Assembly (NCBI GenBank): GCA_049515895.1
Contig: JBEKTQ010000011.1
Span: forward strand, 30,147-94,146
Direction: 5' to 3'
Source: Candidatus Bathyarchaeia archaeon
GTDB lineage: Archaea; Thermoproteota; Bathyarchaeia; Bathyarchaeales; Bathycorpusculaceae
DNA length: 64,000 nt
Of this stretch, positions 9,780 to 20,062 are shown one piece after another. The notes under the pieces were generated by a model. That model did no database searches, was not told the origin of the DNA, and saw nothing but the letters and a program-made list of their open reading frames with translations. The position numbers and the translations under genes are program-made. The stretch's first letter is position 1. Each line of letters begins with the position of its first letter.

Positions 9780-10912
9780 AGTTGCCAACCAAAAAGCAAC
9801 CTGTAAAGCCTATGTTCGACAATCGTTGAAAGTCTTCGTCTTCCCAACACCCGAAAATAGTTCTTCCCAGCAGCCTCTATAAGGTCGCCGATGTCGTAGC
9901 GGGGTAGCATGGTTGATGAAATGATCAGCCGACCCCATTCGCCTCTTTTGAGCTCATGAAGCATTTTAGTTCCTTTTTTGGTCTGAACCTCGAAGAGGTA
10001 AGTGTCATAGTTTGGTGTTACATAAGGCAGATCATCAAGTTGCTGACCAAAAACGCCTTCTGTTGCCGTGTACATTTCCACTATGGGTGCTAATCCGAAA
10101 TATTTTCTAAGCAAAGGAGCGTACTTGAATTGAATTTTTGGTACGCTAGTGCAAAACAACGCCTTGAACTTCCATAAGTCTCCTGGCATTTTCTCGTGTT
10201 TCTTCTTGACGTACCTGGCGAAGGCCAAGATTACCGGCGTTACACCCATGGTCGCAGTAACATTATGGTCTAACGCTTTTTGATAGGCTAACTCGAATCT
10301 TCTCTCCCAATCAGCTTTGCCTATTCCAGAGCCAAGCTGGTCAATCTCTTCTTGACGTGGGAGCAAGCTCACGCGATCAAACATCGGGTTTACTTTAGCG
10401 TAGGTTCCTGAACTGTAACCGTATGTCTCTTCCCTGTCTTGCGTTGTCATTCTGTGAACGCTAGAAGGAAAATTCAGGTTTAAAATGTCCCCGCTAAAGA
10501 CGTCGAAATTCTCTGTTCTTACTGCATTATGCACTAGCGCTCTGGCTCCACAGGAAAATATTTGTTTTAGGTGAGTTTTGGTGGCGGGTAGGACTTTGGA
10601 TGCCCCTGTTGAACCCCTAGTCATCACCCAGCATTCAGGCGACTCAGACAGGAGCGTTTGATATTTTCCTTCTCTGACTTTGGCTATGTAAGGCAATAGT
10701 TCTTGGTAATTCACTATGGGAAAACTTGATTGGTACTGAGTGATTCCGCTAATTTCGTTGGCTTGAAAAATGGCTCCATACTCGGTCTTGCCATATTCTT
10801 TCAGAAGCGTCAGAAGGACTTTTTCTTGGGCTTCTTGTGGGTTTTTCAGCGATTCGTACCACGGACCAATTATTGTCTGAAGGAGACTAAGACCGCTTTC
10901 GTCAATAGACAT
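9776..10912 (-). CDS. GH3-family (ANL superfamily) acyl-adenylating protein, short form
   Basis: PQEAQEKVL..LL....TEYG, P-loop MTRGSTGASKVLP, EMYTATEG, PRYDIGDL, LGRR. Confidence 0.8.
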   Translation of the reverse strand: MSIDESGLSLLQTIIGPWYESLKNPQEAQEKVLLTLLKEYGKTEYGAIFQANEISGITQYQSSFPIVNYQELLPYIAKVREGKYQTLLSESPECWVMTRGSTGASKVLPATKTHLKQIFSCGARALVHNAVRTENFDVFSGDILNLNFPSSVHRMTTQDREETYGYSSGTYAKVNPMFDRVSLLPRQEEIDQLGSGIGKADWERRFELAYQKALDHNVTATMGVTPVILAFARYVKKKHEKMPGDLWKFKALFCTSVPKIQFKYAPLLRKYFGLAPIVEMYTATEGVFGQQLDDLPYVTPNYDTYLFEVQTKKGTKMLHELKRGEWGRLIISSTMLPRYDIGDLIEAAGKNYFRVLGRRRLSTIVEHRLYRLLFGWQL

Positions 10913-11103
10913 TGTCTGCTGCCTTTACTCAGAATATTTTTGTCTCCTCATATTTGTGATTTTTGTAAGTTTCTAAATTGGAAAAAGTCATCGGTTTCAG
11001 GCGGGTTATTTGATTCCAAACGAGAACGCTTGGGACTTTGCCTTTAGGCCTATTCCTGTCAGTCTAAGCTTACAAAGACTTGTACAATCCGTTGGGTGAT
11101 CAC

Positions 11104-11589
11104 TTATTGCTTGTCGTATTTTTCCACTTCATTGTTTATAATGGTTAAGTCGACACATGCTTGCTTGAACATTTGTATTGTATCAGCATCGGCATGGTAG
11201 CGTTTTTCGCAAACAACCCGTTTTATGCCTGCGTTAATTATAATCATGGCGCAGGTTCGACATGGCGTCATTTTGCAGAAAAGTGTTGCTCCTTCAAGAG
11301 GTATCCCAAACCGTGCTGCTTGAATGATTGCGTTTTGCTCCGCGTGAAGCGTGCGAACACAGTGTTGGGTAACATTGTCGTTGCTGTCGAAGACTTTACG
11401 CATGTCATGGCCTATTTCGTCGCAATGGGGCAAACCAGCAGGAGCACCGACGTACCCAGTGGTCATGATTCGTTTGTCTTTAACTATTACGCAACCGCTT
11501 CTTCCGCGGTCGCATGTTGCACGTCTAGCGACGGCTTCGCATAAGTCTAAAAAATATCTATCCCAATTAGGTCTTGAATTGCTCTCCAA
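11104..11589 (-). CDS. dCMP deaminase (ComEB/MafB19-like CMP/dCMP deaminase family)
   Basis: RPNWDRYF, RATCDR, HAEQNAI, PCRTC zinc motif. Confidence 0.9.
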   Translation of the reverse strand: MESNSRPNWDRYFLDLCEAVARRATCDRGRSGCVIVKDKRIMTTGYVGAPAGLPHCDEIGHDMRKVFDSNDNVTQHCVRTLHAEQNAIIQAARFGIPLEGATLFCKMTPCRTCAMIIINAGIKRVVCEKRYHADADTIQMFKQACVDLTIINNEVEKYDKQ

Positions 11590-11653
11590 CTTTTTAGCCT
11601 CAAGCAGTTTTAGACAAATATCTCCTCATAACGAATTAATAAATTATCTGACA

Positions 11654-12958
11654 TTAAACCGTTAGTTTTTGGTAAATGTGGATTTCCCTGCCAACCTTAT
11701 GGCGGTCGTCAACCTCAACCAAAGAATCAAGTTCCGACAACTCTTCAACTCCTTCCAGCTTCTCTGAAAACATTTCTTTAGCAAATGGCCGCACTCTCTT
11801 AAATCCAACGTCCTTAAGTCTCTCGTCTATAGGCATCGTCACAGCTTGCCCGGAACGGGTTACAATATAAGGCGTCACAAGCACCAATCGCCCACCTGTT
11901 TTCAGCACTCGATAAGCTTCCTCCGCAAAGCCAAAATATAGGGGCTCAAGCTTTTGAATAATTTTTAAAGCGTAGGGCCCAGTTGGTACTTGTCGCAAGG
12001 CTGGACCTAAATCAGGCTCTGTCACTATGCAATCCACAGTCTCCTGCCCAATTTTCAGAGCCAACTTGCTTACGTCTCCCTGCAAGACCCTAAAGTCTGC
12101 GCCTTCAATGTTGTACTCTCTCTGCAGCCACTCAAGATTCTCGCTAGTCGCTTTTACGCACCACGAATTGGCATCGACACCAACGACTGCAGCCTTCGTT
12201 AGGAGCGCTTCTTGAAGAATTGTGCCTACGCCGCAGAATGGGTCAAGCAAAACTTTCTTTGACGTGCAGGCGGACAAGTTAACCATTATTCGGGCTAATC
12301 TTGGAGGCATCGCAAAGATTCTTCTCTGGTTAGGCTTGTAAATATCTCTTTTTTGGAACTCGAAGGGGTTGTGAACGGAGACCGTTGTTCCCACCCAAGT
12401 TTGCTCTCTGCCTACGCACAATAACACTTCTGCTTGGTTTTCAACCAGCTTTTTCTTTAGAACTTCAACATGACTTAGTTGCGGTAACCTTCTATCTTTC
12501 GAAAAACCCATGAACCTTGATTTCTTGCCACAACTGGCCAGTTCATCCTTCACGGTGCTTCCGATAAACCGCTGGATAACTCCAGATTGGGGGCGGAGGG
12601 TTTTGTCAGAGGCGTAGACGCTAACTCCGAAAAACACCTTCCTGGAAGACTTTGCCATTGCATCAACCAGACCGCTTGAGCCCAGCGCAGCGGCTATCTG
12701 TGACTGGGTTTGCTTGTTTCTTTCACAAAAAGCTTGCTTTGCAATCTGCGTTTCAAACTCTGTTTTTGCCAGGCCGATTTTTATTGTTCCGCCTAAATCT
12801 TCTATGGCTATGCTGATTTCTGGTTTTAGGTCGAGTGCAAAAAACTCTTTCGAAAAAAAATGTACATCAAACTTTATTTCTTTGGCATTAAGGTAAGCGA
12901 GAATCTCCGCTAGTGAAAGTTTCCAGTTTTTTCCGGAGATAAATAGTCTTGTTAGCAT
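11654..12958 (-). CDS. Trm11/TrmG10-like tRNA (guanine-N2) methyltransferase
   Basis: LFISGKNWKLSLAE, LGGTIKIG, PPRLARIMVNL, DPFCGVGTILQEA. Motif IV reads TEPDLG. Confidence 0.75.
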   Translation of the reverse strand: MLTRLFISGKNWKLSLAEILAYLNAKEIKFDVHFFSKEFFALDLKPEISIAIEDLGGTIKIGLAKTEFETQIAKQAFCERNKQTQSQIAAALGSSGLVDAMAKSSRKVFFGVSVYASDKTLRPQSGVIQRFIGSTVKDELASCGKKSRFMGFSKDRRLPQLSHVEVLKKKLVENQAEVLLCVGREQTWVGTTVSVHNPFEFQKRDIYKPNQRRIFAMPPRLARIMVNLSACTSKKVLLDPFCGVGTILQEALLTKAAVVGVDANSWCVKATSENLEWLQREYNIEGADFRVLQGDVSKLALKIGQETVDCIVTEPDLGPALRQVPTGPYALKIIQKLEPLYFGFAEEAYRVLKTGGRLVLVTPYIVTRSGQAVTMPIDERLKDVGFKRVRPFAKEMFSEKLEGVEELSELDSLVEVDDRHKVGREIHIYQKLTV

Positions 12959-13123
12959 TCGTTAATGAAAAAGTTAACTAAGTATATAAGAAATGGCGCG
13001 CTTTTTGTCAAGAAAGCCTTTCTAATGTAAATGATTATGCGTTAATATTAACGGAATTGTTAAGCTCGGATTTGCAAATCGTTTAAATACCGCTGGGAGC
13101 GTTAGCTAAAAAGGGATACTTTC

Positions 13124-13666
13124 ATGCATGCGCGAAATTACAGGCACGTGAAGAACCGAGCGTACACACGAAAAGAATACGCTAGAGGTTTTCCGCCACC
13201 AAAAATAGTGAAATTCACCATGGGTGATACTAAGGCAACCTTTGAAATCCAGGGTCAGCTTATCGCTACGGAACGAGCTCAGATACGCCATAGTGCTTTG
13301 GAAGCAGCGCGCGTGGCTACAAACCGCGTCTTAATGGATAAACTCATAAATGATTACCTCATGGTTGTTCATCCATATCCGCACATCATCCTGAGAGAAA
13401 ACAAGATGATTTTCGGCGCTCACGCTGACCGACTCCAGCAGGGAATGAGACGTTCCTTCGGAACAGCGATTGGCACTGCGGCAAAGGTAGAGGTGGGGCA
13501 ACCCATTATTACCGTCAAAGTGAAAGCTGGAGCTGAGGAAACAGCCAAAGAATCCCTTAAAAGAGGCAGCGCAAAACTTCCCATCCCTTGCAAGATAGTC
13601 ATCTCCAAGATTGAAGCTTCTCCAGATGTAACTGAGAAGGAACAACCGGAGACGGAGACGCCTTGA
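13124..13666 (+). CDS. rpl10e: 50S ribosomal protein L10e (uL16)
   Basis: YTRKEY, QIRHSALEAAR, LRENKMIFGAHADRLQQGMR.SFG, KLP. Confidence 0.96.
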   Translation: MHARNYRHVKNRAYTRKEYARGFPPPKIVKFTMGDTKATFEIQGQLIATERAQIRHSALEAARVATNRVLMDKLINDYLMVVHPYPHIILRENKMIFGAHADRLQQGMRRSFGTAIGTAAKVEVGQPIITVKVKAGAEETAKESLKRGSAKLPIPCKIVISKIEASPDVTEKEQPETETP

Positions 13667-16092
13667 GCGCAAAAGGGAAAGAACTGGTTTTATGGTTTGA
13701 TGATGTAAGAAATACTGATGTTCATCTTGTTGGCGGAAAAAACGCCAGCCTCGGCGAAATGATTAGTGTAGGATTGCCTGTTCCTCCCGGTTTTGCGGTA
13801 ACAGCTTATTCTTATGAAAAGTATATTCAAGAAAAGAACATAGCTGAGGAAATTTACAAAATAATAAATGAAACCGTTACAAACCCGAATGACCCCAAAC
13901 AGTACGATGTAGCATCCAAAAAAATACGGGAACTTATCGAAAAAACTCCAATGCCTAAAGATATCGAAAATGCTATACGATCCGCCTATAAACAATTAAA
14001 CCAGCGGCTCGAGCTGAAAGATGTTTTTGTTGCGGTACGGTCAAGCGCTACAGCCGAAGATTTGCCTGACGCGTCCTTTGCAGGTCAGCAGGAAACTTTC
14101 CTGAACGTTAAGGGACCCGATGACCTTATAGGCAAAGTAGTGAAGTGCTGGTCAAGTCTGTTTACGCCAAGAGCTATCTTTTATCGAACCGAGAAAGGCT
14201 TTGCGCATGAGAAAGTCTTCATAAGTGTTGGGGTTCAAAAAATGGTCAATTCTGGCTGTGCCGGCGTCATGTTTACCATAAACCCTGTTACCGGAGATCA
14301 AAATGAAATTGTTATTGAGGGTAACTATGGTTTAGGGGAAACAGTAGTTTCAGGCGTAGTTAACCCAGACGACTTTGTTATTGATAAGGCTACGTTGAAG
14401 ATTAAGGATAGAAGAATTGCCCGTAAAACAATTGAATACATTCGTGATCCAACGACAGGTAAAACGGTGCACTTAGACGTGCCAGTGGATAAGCAGAAAG
14501 TTACCTGCATAACCGATGAAGAAATCTCAACGCTTGCAAAACTCGCAAAGCGGATTGAAGGTCATTATGGAAAACCCATGGATATTGAATGGGCAATTGA
14601 CCAAGACCTGTCTTTTCCACAGAATATGTTCATAGTTCAAGCTCGTCCAGAAACAGTTTGGGGTTCAAAAACAATGGAAACACCAGTTAAAGAACAAAAT
14701 GTCCAAGAAGCCTTAAAAGTAGCAGTCAGAGGCATTTCGGCTGGAAGAAAAGGTTACGGCGCAGGCATGGCAAAAGTTGTCCTAAATACTGACGACGCAA
14801 ACAAAATAATGCGCAAAGGAGATATTCTTGTGACAGGCATGACTGACCCTGACTTTGTGCCATTCATGAAAATGGCAAGTGCTATAGTAACCGACAAAGG
14901 GGGAGTCACGTCGCACGCAGCAATTGTGAGCCGCGAACTTAGCATTCCATGTGTGGTAGGTACAGAAACAGCTACTCAAGTAATGAAAACAGGTAAAGAA
15001 TATACAGTGGATTCAAGAAACGGCATAGTTTACGAAGGCATAATGACCCAAGCCATTCAACCGGCAGTCACATCAAATGGGCCAGCTATGGGTATGCAAG
15101 CAACAGAGACAGCTCCAGTAACTGCCACGAAAATATATATGAATTTAGGTGTTCCAGAAAAAATTGAAGATTACAAAAACCTACCCTTCGAAGGCATCGG
15201 ATTGATGCGTATCGAATTCATTTTAGCCAGCGCAATAGGTCAGCACCCAATGATGTTTGTCGAAACAGGTAAGAGCCAAGAATTCATAGACAAACTTGCC
15301 GAAGGCATGGCAACCGTTGCTCGAGCAATACAGCCTCGACCCGTTGTGGTGCGATTAAGCGACTTTAAAACCAATGAGTACCGAGGCTTAAAAGGCGGAG
15401 AAAAATACGAAATAGTCGAAGAAAACCCAATGCTCGGTTGGAGAGGCTGCAGTCGATACATAAGCAAATGGTACGTCGAAGCCTTCCGGCTTGAATGCAA
15501 AGCCATCAAGAAATGCCGAACAGAATGGGGTCTTAAAAACGTCTATGCCATGCTTCCTATGGTTCGGACTCTTTGGGAAGCCAAGAAAGTCCTCGAAATT
15601 ATGAAGGAAGAAGGTCTAGAGCGAACCCGCGACTTCAAAATATGGTTTATGGCTGAAACGCCGTCCATAGCAATAATGGCTGACGAATTCTCTAAGCTGG
15701 TCGACGGCTTCTCAATAGGCTCAAACGACATGACTCAAGGCATACTTATGATTGACCGCGACTCCGAACGCTTAGGTCAAATGGGCTACTTCGACGAAAG
15801 AGACCCAGCTGTAAAAAGAATAATTGCACACCTCATCAAAGTGGCTCACGAAAACGGATGTACTGTGTCAATCTGCGGTGAAGGGCCATCAAATCTTCCA
15901 GACTTCGCAGAATTCCTCGTTCGCGCGGGAATTGATAGCATTTCCGTAAACAACGATGCTCTAGTAGTTACAAGAAAAAATGTTGCCAGTATAGAACAAA
16001 AGATAATTCTTGAACGGCTTGCTGAACAAGCCGCTATAGCTCGCGGTCAACCTCTTAAAAAGCCAACACAAGACTGGGAATGGCCACGCTAG
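13663..16092 (+). CDS. ppsA: Phosphoenolpyruvate synthase
   Basis: VGGKNASLGEM, AVRSSATAEDLPDASFAGQQET, QARPETV, phospho-His GGVTSHAAIVSRE, EENPMLGWRG, SIGSND, SICG. Confidence 0.96.
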   Translation: MSAKGKELVLWFDDVRNTDVHLVGGKNASLGEMISVGLPVPPGFAVTAYSYEKYIQEKNIAEEIYKIINETVTNPNDPKQYDVASKKIRELIEKTPMPKDIENAIRSAYKQLNQRLELKDVFVAVRSSATAEDLPDASFAGQQETFLNVKGPDDLIGKVVKCWSSLFTPRAIFYRTEKGFAHEKVFISVGVQKMVNSGCAGVMFTINPVTGDQNEIVIEGNYGLGETVVSGVVNPDDFVIDKATLKIKDRRIARKTIEYIRDPTTGKTVHLDVPVDKQKVTCITDEEISTLAKLAKRIEGHYGKPMDIEWAIDQDLSFPQNMFIVQARPETVWGSKTMETPVKEQNVQEALKVAVRGISAGRKGYGAGMAKVVLNTDDANKIMRKGDILVTGMTDPDFVPFMKMASAIVTDKGGVTSHAAIVSRELSIPCVVGTETATQVMKTGKEYTVDSRNGIVYEGIMTQAIQPAVTSNGPAMGMQATETAPVTATKIYMNLGVPEKIEDYKNLPFEGIGLMRIEFILASAIGQHPMMFVETGKSQEFIDKLAEGMATVARAIQPRPVVVRLSDFKTNEYRGLKGGEKYEIVEENPMLGWRGCSRYISKWYVEAFRLECKAIKKCRTEWGLKNVYAMLPMVRTLWEAKKVLEIMKEEGLERTRDFKIWFMAETPSIAIMADEFSKLVDGFSIGSNDMTQGILMIDRDSERLGQMGYFDERDPAVKRIIAHLIKVAHENGCTVSICGEGPSNLPDFAEFLVRAGIDSISVNNDALVVTRKNVASIEQKIILERLAEQAAIARGQPLKKPTQDWEWPR

Positions 16093-16178
16093 CATCAAAA
16101 ATTCTCAAGCAACTTTGTAGCCTTTGTTTTCTTTTCTCTTCAGTTTTCTTTTTTACCTCCTCGCGGTCGGCGTAAAGT

Positions 16179-17180
16179 ATGAAAACGTTTGATTTTGAAG
16201 AAGAAAGAATAAAACGAGAGATTACGAAACTTGGCGCCAAACGGGTCCTACTTCAACTACCAGAAGGACTAAAACCTGACGGCCCACATCTAGCTGAAAT
16301 TGTAGAGAAAGCTGGTGCCCTTCCCATAATTTCCGCTGACCCATGCTACGGCGCCTGCGACATCGCGATCGATGAAGCGGAAAGTTTGGGCGTGGATTTG
16401 ATAGTGCATTTTGGGCACTCAAAACTTCTGGTTCATGAGAGGGTTCCGACAATTTGCATCGAGACAAGAGCAACCGCACCAGTCAATAAGGCTGTGGAGC
16501 AGGCCTTGCCACTTTTAAGTAATTACGTTAAAATCGGTTTAGCTACTTCAGTGCAGCATCTGCAAGCGCTAACCCAAGCCAGAGAAATCTTAACCAAAGC
16601 TGGAAAAACAGTGACAATCGGCGACAGCGGGCAAATGAGTTACCCCGGTCAAGTCTTGGGCTGCAATTACAGCAATGCTAAATCAATTGCGGATGAAGTG
16701 GATGCTTTTCTATTTATAGGCGGAGGCTTGTTCCATGCATTAGGCGTAGCATTGAACACTTCTAAACCAACCGTGGTTGCAGACCCATACGATAACAGGG
16801 CTTTCTCGATCGATGATGAAGCCCAGAAAATCATCAAGCAACGCTGGGCGAGCATTGAAGAAGCCCGAAACGCAAAGAACTTCGGTGTCCTAATTGGCTT
16901 AAAGCCGGGGCAAAAAAAGATTGATCAAGCCTTGAGAATTAAGGATTTGGCGCAAAAGCACGGGGGGACTGCATTTCTGTTCGCCGCAAAGGAAATTACC
17001 CCAGAAACATTCTTGGAGTTTCCATCCATCGACGCATATGTTAACACAGCTTGCCCAAGAATAAGTCTAGATGCTCCGAGCAAGTTTTCAAAACCCGTTT
17101 TGACTGTTAACGAGTTTATGGTAGTTGTTGGCGAATCTTCATGGGAAAACATGCTCAAACAAGGATTATTCGAAAGCTAG
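16179..17180 (+). CDS. dph2: Diphthamide biosynthesis enzyme Dph2
   Basis: LQLPEGLK, PCYGACD, HFGH, GQVLGC, GGGLFH, NTACPRI (three Fe-S cysteines). Confidence 0.95.
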   Translation: MKTFDFEEERIKREITKLGAKRVLLQLPEGLKPDGPHLAEIVEKAGALPIISADPCYGACDIAIDEAESLGVDLIVHFGHSKLLVHERVPTICIETRATAPVNKAVEQALPLLSNYVKIGLATSVQHLQALTQAREILTKAGKTVTIGDSGQMSYPGQVLGCNYSNAKSIADEVDAFLFIGGGLFHALGVALNTSKPTVVADPYDNRAFSIDDEAQKIIKQRWASIEEARNAKNFGVLIGLKPGQKKIDQALRIKDLAQKHGGTAFLFAAKEITPETFLEFPSIDAYVNTACPRISLDAPSKFSKPVLTVNEFMVVVGESSWENMLKQGLFES

Positions 17181-17842
17181 AGTTAGAGCGGTTTCTCTCA
17201 AAAATTGCTCCTCAGCCCTGTCCTCAATCCCATCTTGAACAATACACTATTTCAGAACCAGTTGCTGCAGCCACACTTTACCTCGCTGCCTACACAAATA
17301 ACGATGTTATTGGAAAGGCTGTTTTGGATTTAGGCTGCGGAACAGGCAGGCTTTCCTTAGGCGCCGCATACATTGGAGCTGAGGAAGTTGTCGGTATTGA
17401 CATCGATAAGCGAGCTATTGAATCTGCCATTGAAAACTCAAGGAAAGTCTGTTTGCCAGGGAAAATTCAATGGATCGTGGGCGACATCCAATCTGTTGTA
17501 GGCAGATTTGACACGGTCTTGCAGAATCCGCCTTTCGGAGTGCAAACTCGCGAAGCTGACAGGGCATTCTTAGTCAAAGCATTAGAGTCAGCAAATTCTG
17601 TTTACTCCCTTCACAACCATCCAGAAACCGATAATCGACTGATTAGGCAGCTCAAAGCAAGGGGCGGATTCTTGCAAGTTCAGCCATCTCCCTTCTTGGA
17701 AAGGTTTGTCACCAAACATGATGGCGCTGTAAAAGCGGTTTACGCAATGCTCATGACGATTCCGCGACTTTTTGATTTCCATACAAAGACCAGACATGTT
17801 TTTATCGTTGACTTGTACGTGATTGAAGCGTCAAAACGTTAA
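17141..17842 (+). CDS. METTL5-family (COG2263) RNA methyltransferase
   Basis: LEQY, DLGCGTGRL, QNPPFG..READRAFL, FDFH. Usual dph2-csl4 context. Confidence 0.88.
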   Translation: MGKHAQTRIIRKLELERFLSKIAPQPCPQSHLEQYTISEPVAAATLYLAAYTNNDVIGKAVLDLGCGTGRLSLGAAYIGAEEVVGIDIDKRAIESAIENSRKVCLPGKIQWIVGDIQSVVGRFDTVLQNPPFGVQTREADRAFLVKALESANSVYSLHNHPETDNRLIRQLKARGGFLQVQPSPFLERFVTKHDGAVKAVYAMLMTIPRLFDFHTKTRHVFIVDLYVIEASKR

Positions 17843-17986
17843 CAAATCTATAGGCAATCATCCCGGAATTAACTTGGTATATCAATCAAAAGGTTTATTG
17901 ATAAGATTAGAAACTAAGCATATGCGTTTATCAAATAGCCCGTTCAACTTGTTTAAAAGTAAATAATGAGTAAAAGGGAAACTGTC

Positions 17987-18568
17987 ATGAGTCTAAAGTC
18001 ACCTCAACAAAAAAGTGGTCATTTAGTTGTGCCTGGCGAACGCTTAGGCGTTATTGAAGAATTTATTCCAGACTCGGGAACCTACGTTAAAGACGGCGTC
18101 ATCTTTTCCAAAATTGTAGGTCGCTCATTGGTTGATCTACAGAACAAACGCGTTTCTGTTTACCCCGCATCTGAAGGCGCTGTCGTGCCGAAACTTTCAG
18201 GCACGATCTTGGGGCAAGTGGGTAATGCTCAATCCGACAACGTTTTGGTAAGGATTTTTAAAGTGGGAAACAAAAAGATTTCAGGCGAGTTCGGCGGTAT
18301 TCTTCACATTTCCGACGTTTCGGACAGATATGTCACATCGATGAACGACGTTTGCAAGCCTGGAGACATCATTAGGGCTAAGGTGATTAGTGAAAAAAAC
18401 CGCATCTTCCACCTAACAACGAACGACAAGAATTTAGGAGTATTAGATGCTTTCTGCTCTCGATGCGGGAGCCTGCTTGAACCAGAACGATATGAACTGC
18501 GTTGTCCAAAATGCGGTAACATTGAAAGCCGTAAAATGGCCCCTGACTACGGGAAGGAAGCTCTATAA
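17987..18568 (+). CDS. csl4: Exosome RNA-binding subunit Csl4
   Basis: VVPGERLGVIEEF, GDIIRAKV, LGV..FCSRCG...CPKCGNIESRK (alternative start 17966). Confidence 0.94.
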   Translation: MSLKSPQQKSGHLVVPGERLGVIEEFIPDSGTYVKDGVIFSKIVGRSLVDLQNKRVSVYPASEGAVVPKLSGTILGQVGNAQSDNVLVRIFKVGNKKISGEFGGILHISDVSDRYVTSMNDVCKPGDIIRAKVISEKNRIFHLTTNDKNLGVLDAFCSRCGSLLEPERYELRCPKCGNIESRKMAPDYGKEAL

Positions 18569-18584
18569 AGAGGATTGAGTCGGG

Positions 18585-18866
18585 TTGAAAATTAACGTTG
18601 TTAAGAAATCCGGGAACGAACTGAAAATAGAAATCGTAGGCGGAAGCCACGGGCTTTGCAACTTGCTAACAAAGCGACTCCTAGAGGATAAAACCGTGGA
18701 CTTTGCAGGCTACGATGTGCCGCACCCTTTAGCTTCAAGTCCTAATATCTACCTAAGGATGAAGGGGAAAACTAAGCCCGAAGAAGCGTTGCTTAGAGCG
18801 GTTGAGAAAGTTCGAGGCGCGAACGACGCTTTCGCCAAAGAGCTAGACCGCGCTCTCAAAGCATAG
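18585..18866 (+). CDS. rpoL: RNA polymerase subunit L (Rpo11)
   Basis: SHGLCNLL, VDFAGYDVPHPL. TTG start. Confidence 0.93.
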   Translation: MKINVVKKSGNELKIEIVGGSHGLCNLLTKRLLEDKTVDFAGYDVPHPLASSPNIYLRMKGKTKPEEALLRAVEKVRGANDAFAKELDRALKA

Positions 18867-19051
18867 TTTGTATCCGTTTTTATTCTTTTCAGTGATTTCC
18901 CGCAAATTGAACAAGTTTCCTCGCTTTTTTCAGGGTGTTAACTGAGGCGATTTTCCCATTTTAGCGATTGAATTGTTTGGCGTGCAAGGGTCTGATTTTC
19001 TAGTTTTAGTTTAAAAGCGGAGTAGTGTATTATTTAGTTTCGGGGAATGTT

Positions 19052-19630
19052 TTGGAGCCACAAAGATTTCGAGTGATAAAACCTGAAATCCGGATCCTCG
19101 GAGTTGACGACGGCCATTTTGTTCCTCACACAGAGGGTATGGCTATTGTTGTGGGCGTTGTTTTCCGAGGTGGCAGTTCAGTCGACGGCGTCATGCATAC
19201 TCATGTGGCAATAGACGGTTTCGACGCTAATGAAAAGTTAACTATTATGATTAACAGTTCGCCTCATCGCAAACAGTTACGTTTGGTGATGTTAAATGGC
19301 ATAACGTTTGCTGGCTTCAATGTCGTAGATATTAAAAGGCTCAACATTGACACAAAACTTCCTATTATTGCGCTAACCCGTGAAAAGCCCGATTTAGAAG
19401 CAGTTCGCAAAGCGCTAAGTAATTTGCCTAATAGCGAGGAGCGTTGGAACAAGGTTCTTGCCGCCGGCCAAATCCATGAATTGTGCTGCTTCGGCATAAA
19501 GATTTACATTGAGTTAGCTGGAATTTCATTGATTGATGCTAAAGAAATTATTGAGACGACTTCAACAAACAGCAGTTTCCCTGAACCGCTCCGCGTCGCG
19601 CATATTATCGCTTCTGGAGTTAGTCTCTGA
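19052..19630 (+). CDS. DUF99 / COG1628 EndoV-like protein
   Basis: RILGVDDG, LNGITFAGFNVVD, PEPLRVAHIIASG (alternative GTG start 19025). Confidence 0.88.
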   Translation: MEPQRFRVIKPEIRILGVDDGHFVPHTEGMAIVVGVVFRGGSSVDGVMHTHVAIDGFDANEKLTIMINSSPHRKQLRLVMLNGITFAGFNVVDIKRLNIDTKLPIIALTREKPDLEAVRKALSNLPNSEERWNKVLAAGQIHELCCFGIKIYIELAGISLIDAKEIIETTSTNSSFPEPLRVAHIIASGVSL

Positions 19631-19711
19631 ATTCGCGTGACTTGGAAAAGGTTTAAAAGGTACATTGCTAAGGGAATCAAAAACGGATGCGTATATTGGA
19701 GTTCGGGAAAT

Positions 19712-20062
19712 ATGGAATTCTGCCCTAAATGCGGTTCTCGTCTTGAGCCAAAGAAATCCAAGGCTGGGAAAGAGGCTTCTTTAGTTCTTGTTTGCCCTAA
19801 ATGCGGATATAGAAAGCCAGAAGCTGGCGAAAAAATTGAAGTGGCACCGAAAGTTATCCAACATACCCCTCAACAATTTGTCGCCGTAATTGGAAAAGAA
19901 GAACAGAAACTCAGTACACTGCCGACCGTGCGAATTGAATGTCCAAGATGCGGAAATAACTCGGCTTATGTATGGCAGGTGCAAACCCGAGGCGCAGATG
20001 AATCTTCAACCCAGTTCCTACGCTGCACCAAATGCAGCTACACCTTCAGAGAATACAGCTAA
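19712..20062 (+). CDS. tfs: Transcription factor S (TFS)
   Basis: MEFCPKCG...CPKCG and CPRCG...QTRGADE..TQFLRCTKC (acidic ADE hairpin intact). Confidence 0.95.
   Translation: MEFCPKCGSRLEPKKSKAGKEASLVLVCPKCGYRKPEAGEKIEVAPKVIQHTPQQFVAVIGKEEQKLSTLPTVRIECPRCGNNSAYVWQVQTRGADESSTQFLRCTKCSYTFREYS

Noticed and set aside
19637-19711. N-terminal extension of TFS in the track
   Set aside because: It covers the promoter (AAAAGGTTTAAAAG). The family start MEFCPKCG is at 19712.
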